From Promethearchaeia archaeon (lineage in GTDB: Archaea > Asgardarchaeota > Lokiarchaeia > Sigyniarchaeales > SOKP01), in the NCBI GenBank assembly GCA_029856045.1, contig JAHQWG010000015.1:1-48870 (forward strand): a DNA stretch of 48,870 bases, in the 5' to 3' direction. The position numbers and the translations under genes are program-made. The notes under the pieces are model-generated. The model was not told the DNA's origin. It did not search any database and was given only the letters and a program-made list of their open reading frames with translations. Below are positions 47,711-48,870 of the stretch, one piece after another; the first letter of the stretch is position 1, and each line of letters starts with the position of its first letter.

Positions 47711-48870
47711 TTACTTGTCTGTTTTAAAGATTAATTTTTTAAATGCCATGAAAAATGCAACAAGAGAAAATATGGACATAACAATTCCCAACCAATAAGG
47801 TTCAAACGCCCATAATATAAAACCGCCAAGCAAAGGTCCAATCATTTGAGCAAAACTATCCAAAGCAGAGGAATAACCATTTATTTTTCCTTGTTCTTTA
47901 GGAGATACCGATTGAGTTATTTTACTACTGAGAGTACCCCTGGTACAAGAAGCTGCAAAACTAACAAATAATAATAAGATTAAAGCTTGTTGCCAATATT
48001 GAGTAAATCCAATGAGAAAAAATATAACAGTAAATATACCTAAACCAAGTTTTAACATTTTATTAAGACCTAATTTATTTAGAGTAGGCTTAAAAAGAGT
48101 AAATCTTATAATTGCTCTAAATATTCCTGAGACCATCAATAACATTCCGATCTGAAATCCATCTAGACCAAGAACACTAGCTGCAAATAATGAAAAGGTA
48201 GATACATATATAATAAAAGAAATCGTATGGAACCCCCATTGAGTTAATAAGAACATTGCATTTTTATTTTTTCTAATTTTAATTTTTATTTTCTCTTTGT
48301 CTTTTTTCACTCGATTATGTTTTGGCCAAGTTTCTTTTAATAAAAAGATAGTTATAATAATTGTGAATAGCGATAATCCCGCAGCAACTAATCCAGACGG
48401 CATGATACCCCATATTGATAATATACCTCCTAAACCTGGCCCAATAAGTGAAGATAAAACATGACATACTCCTACATTAGTCATTTGAATCGGTCTATCT
48501 TTCGGAGGCACGCTATCGCTAATAATAGCTTTAGCAATAGGATAATTCCCTCCGAAAAATCCATCAACAATACGTGAAAGAAAAAGCATTTCTAAAGAGG
48601 TTGAAAAAGCAAGCATTAAAAAGCCAACCATTGTTCCAATCTGAGATATTAATAATAATGGTCTTCGACCAAATTTATCACTTAATTTTCCCAAAATGAT
48701 TGCAAAAAAAAAAGAAAACATCGCATTTGTTGCCAAGAGGAGGCCAATAATAAATTCATTAGTTTCATATACTTCTACGAAAATTGGTAAAAATGGAATT
48801 AATATCGAAAATCCTAGAATATCGATAAAAATTGCTATCCATAAAGGGATTAAATTTGGATATTTAATTC
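47711..48870 (-). CDS. MFS drug:H+ antiporter (TetA/DHA1-like), 5' end outside the window
   Basis: GKLSDKFGRRP motif A; frame open upstream of 48736 to the edge (IAIFIDILGFSILIPFLP). Confidence 0.92.
   Translation of the reverse strand, partial: IKYPNLIPLWIAIFIDILGFSILIPFLPIFVEVYETNEFIIGLLLATNAMFSFFFAIILGKLSDKFGRRPLLLISQIGTMVGFLMLAFSTSLEMLFLSRIVDGFFGGNYPIAKAIISDSVPPKDRPIQMTNVGVCHVLSSLIGPGLGGILSIWGIMPSGLVAAGLSLFTIIITIFLLKETWPKHNRVKKDKEKIKIKIRKNKNAMFLLTQWGFHTISFIIYVSTFSLFAASVLGLDGFQIGMLLMVSGIFRAIIRFTLFKPTLNKLGLNKMLKLGLGIFTVIFFLIGFTQYWQQALILLLFVSFAASCTRGTLSSKITQSVSPKEQGKINGYSSALDSFAQMIGPLLGGFILWAFEPYWLGIVMSIFSLVAFFMAFKKLIFKTDK

Overview
Very AT-rich (roughly 30% GC by eye), gene-dense archaeal chromosome segment, most consistent with an Asgard archaeon (Lokiarchaeia-like). 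Support: Sm-L37e synteny, a PINA ATPase, a tRNA-splicing endonuclease subunit, a histone-fold gene, a longin/uDENN-like gene and a Loki-CTERM-like surface protein. About 50 CDS cover housekeeping (cobB, endA-like, rpl37e, nadA, ogt, glgP, dus, mtnA) and anaerobic heterotrophic metabolism (2-hydroxyacyl-CoA dehydratase pair, 4-hydroxybutyryl-CoA dehydratase, sulfatase, D-aminoacylase, MFS transporters). No rRNA, tRNA, CRISPR array or intact transposase was seen. Main observations: (1) a six-transmembrane glycerophosphodiesterase with the topology and motifs of animal GDE2/GDE3/GDE6 GPI-anchor-cleaving ecto-enzymes, directly upstream of a C-terminally anchored beta-helix surface protein; (2) a histone with a ~9-residue Lys/Gly/Ser insertion before its L2 motif; (3) an in-frame TAG followed by an open transmembrane-coding continuation; (4) probable ATT/ATA start codons; (5) proteins lacking an expected catalytic residue or domain, gene remnants missed by the ORF track, and palindromic operators. 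All family calls come from motif recognition without database searches.
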